A stretch of DNA of 64,000 nt, from assembly GCA_025829515.1 (NCBI GenBank), contig GCA_025829515.1_4865.1; one strand, 5' to 3'. This DNA is from a phage. The position numbers and the translations under genes are program-made. Of this stretch, positions 61,988 through 64,000 are shown in pieces; the stretch's first letter is position 1; the number at the start of each line of letters is the position of its first letter. The notes under the pieces were generated by a model, which saw nothing but the letters and a program-made list of their open reading frames with translations, made no database searches and was not told where the DNA came from.

Positions 61988-62974
61988 ATGGCTTTTACAA
62001 TTCGTTGGACGAACAATAACCCTGGGGCTTCGACCGTGAAGCTGTACCGCGACACCAAACCTCTGGTGCGTACGGCATTACCTGAACCTCTGGCAACGTT
62101 CACTGACGGGGAAACTGAGTATACTGACCGAACGGCGATACTGGGGACAACGTATTACTACATGACCACCGTGACAGTGGGAAGCCGGACACTGTTCAGT
62201 CCGCAGAAATCAATTCTGATTCAGAACCGTCGCGGTATCGGCATCGTGGCTCCACAGTACGGTGATGACCGCTTTGCGTATTACGGGTATGTGGCGTACG
62301 GTGAATTACCTAGCGCGGGTGATTATCCGCCAGGGTTTGTGGCCCTTTCTGGATACGACCCAACTGTTAAGCCGGGCTTGATGAAGTTCCAGCTAGACGG
62401 TAAAATTCTGTATCTGTTTAGTGGTCTTCGTGTGAACGGCAACACGCTGTATAGCCGTGATGCGATTTATAACGCGGGTTTGCTGTACGGTGTGGCGGGA
62501 CCTGGTCCGGAAGGCGGTCATGGCGATTTACCTGACGTTGACCAGGCTGGGGAGTTTACGTGGTTGGGTGACCGCTATCGGATGCGCCTGCTGCGCGGTT
62601 TAACACTCGACAGTGAAAGCCCGGTCATGACACTCGATGCACAGTGGAACGGTAAACTCCATGACGCGTCACCGTATACTGCCGATAGCGAATACAACCG
62701 ACTCATCTATGGGATAAGTAGCTGGTTCCCAGAAAAGAAAAAAGTGATGTCCCTGATAAAGTGGTCGAACTCCAGCATATTCGGAAGTGGATCGCTGGTG
62801 GCAGGCCGTGGGGCGCATTGTCAGGAGTTTGACCCAGACCGTAAGTTGGGGCTGACGCGCGGATGGGCGGCGGCGGATTCCACTGATACCGTGGATAACC
62901 TCCAGCGTATACAACATGTCCCTGGTGCGACCGGCGGTATTTGGATTCCAGTAATCGAGCTTATCGAGGATTAA
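61988..62974 (+). CDS. cassette gene B2 (328 aa)
   Basis: Paralog of B1 (FN3-like N-terminus, GPGPEGGHG, ends IELIED). Confidence 0.7.
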   Translation: MAFTIRWTNNNPGASTVKLYRDTKPLVRTALPEPLATFTDGETEYTDRTAILGTTYYYMTTVTVGSRTLFSPQKSILIQNRRGIGIVAPQYGDDRFAYYGYVAYGELPSAGDYPPGFVALSGYDPTVKPGLMKFQLDGKILYLFSGLRVNGNTLYSRDAIYNAGLLYGVAGPGPEGGHGDLPDVDQAGEFTWLGDRYRMRLLRGLTLDSESPVMTLDAQWNGKLHDASPYTADSEYNRLIYGISSWFPEKKKVMSLIKWSNSSIFGSGSLVAGRGAHCQEFDPDRKLGLTRGWAAADSTDTVDNLQRIQHVPGATGGIWIPVIELIED

Positions 62975-62976
62975 TC

Positions 62977-63876
62977 ATGCCTATTACATTAAACTTTGCA
63001 CAACGGAAGCCACAGGCGCTCGATAACATTGAAATCTATCGCAAGACGCCGGGCAACGCCACCATTGATGTTAATGCACCGGGAACGCCTCTGGCAACCC
63101 TTCCGGGTGACGCTACATCGTACGAAGACAACGCTGTGGAAAACAACACCACTTACCGTTATTGGATTGCTGCGGTTAAAGACGGTGAGCGTGTCTTCAA
63201 CACCCCTACCGCCCAAGGGTTCTTTTTAGACACCGGGCCTGGCCCCCAGAAACTGTTATACGGCGACTGGCACGCTGGATACTTTGGAACAGTAACGCCA
63301 GCAGAGTTATTCACTAACGCGGAACTGAACAGCCTCGTGGTGAATATGTTCAGTTCCGCCGTTGGTGCCTGGCATAAGTTCATTTACAAAAACCGTATTC
63401 TGTTTATGTCCGATAACTCGATAATATACGCTAGCCCGCAGTTCATTTATAACCAGGGGCTGATGTACGGCCAGGATGGCAACGGATATGTGCCGAGCTG
63501 GGCTAGTGCACGTAACCAACGCCGCACGGTGACGAAAAACGGTTACGAATACGTGGTGCGCTTGCCGTATTTGTTCGACTACAAATACTGGACGTCTTTC
63601 GTTGGAGGCGGTAACACCGAGTTGTATCTCGACGGTGAGTGGTTTAACACCTTCGCGCGCCTGTACAACTACAGTGGGCAGTTTCCGCGCTTTGACGACC
63701 TTCCGGTCGGTTCAATCGATTCGGTTACTGCCCAACAATCTGCATTCTTTGCGGCTATGAATAACTCGTTCAGTCAGTGGTACAACCGTCCACCTTACCC
63801 AGAGTCGCCGACATGGAGTAACTACGGTACCACTACAGTGCGTTCTATTGCGGTACTTGAACTCGTTCTGCCTTAA
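62977..63876 (+). CDS. cassette gene C2 (299 aa)
   Basis: ATG at 62977 with GAGGA 6 nt upstream (track start 62941 is TTG inside B2); paralog of C1. Confidence 0.7.
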   Translation: MPITLNFAQRKPQALDNIEIYRKTPGNATIDVNAPGTPLATLPGDATSYEDNAVENNTTYRYWIAAVKDGERVFNTPTAQGFFLDTGPGPQKLLYGDWHAGYFGTVTPAELFTNAELNSLVVNMFSSAVGAWHKFIYKNRILFMSDNSIIYASPQFIYNQGLMYGQDGNGYVPSWASARNQRRTVTKNGYEYVVRLPYLFDYKYWTSFVGGGNTELYLDGEWFNTFARLYNYSGQFPRFDDLPVGSIDSVTAQQSAFFAAMNNSFSQWYNRPPYPESPTWSNYGTTTVRSIAVLELVLP

Positions 63877-63887
63877 CAGGAGACTTC

Positions 63888-64000
63888 ATGGGATTGTATA
63901 GCGCACCCGAACTGGAATTACTCTGCCAACAAGTCGTAAGGGATAACCCTGAACTCGCAGGAAGAATCAGCGCTGATTCGATTGGGGTGAGGGGTGTTCC
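63888..64000 (+). CDS. cassette gene A3, 5' partial (runs off the window)
   Basis: N-terminus MGLYSAPELELLCQQVVRDNPELAG is nearly identical in pattern to A2; GGAG upstream. Confidence 0.65.
   Translation, partial: MGLYSAPELELLCQQVVRDNPELAGRISADSIGVRGV

Noticed and set aside
1-64000. CRISPR array, diversity-generating retroelement, integrase or transposase
   Set aside because: No regularly spaced direct repeats with unique spacers, no reverse-transcriptase motifs near the paralog arrays, and no recombinase signatures recognised; the paralogs are diverged at protein level rather than carrying template/variable nucleotide repeats.

Overview
This window reads as a densely packed segment of a large virulent tailed dsDNA phage genome (moderate GC, enterobacterial-style Shine-Dalgarno sites and codon usage). 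Nearly all genes are on the + strand in translationally coupled operons (TAATG/ATGA/TGATG junctions), punctuated by UUCG-tetraloop hairpin terminators and a recurring AGATA-TATATTAC promoter-like motif; only two large genes sit on the - strand. Layout: 1-23 kb holds large virion-type genes, including a 765 aa strongly codon-biased major structural protein (candidate major capsid protein) and a 914 aa - strand protein with an acidic disordered tail (candidate portal); 23-50 kb is an accessory/enzymatic region with three GNAT acetyltransferase domains, a Dam methyltransferase, thymidylate kinase, RuvC-like resolvase, an XRE-type HTH regulator, a SLOG/DprA-like protein, a PP-loop ATPase and a 75 aa truncated HslU-like fragment; 51-64 kb is an array of paralogous virion-type genes (seven members of one family, then a tandemly repeated three-gene cassette with FN3-like domains). 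The most promising novel leads are the A-B-C cassette array, the HslU N-terminal mimic with its PP-loop neighbour, the GNAT/Dam accessory cluster and a pair of tandem 48 aa paralogs. All functional calls rest on motif recognition by eye and recalled family signatures; no database search was run. No rRNA, tRNA, CRISPR array, integrase or transposase was recognised.
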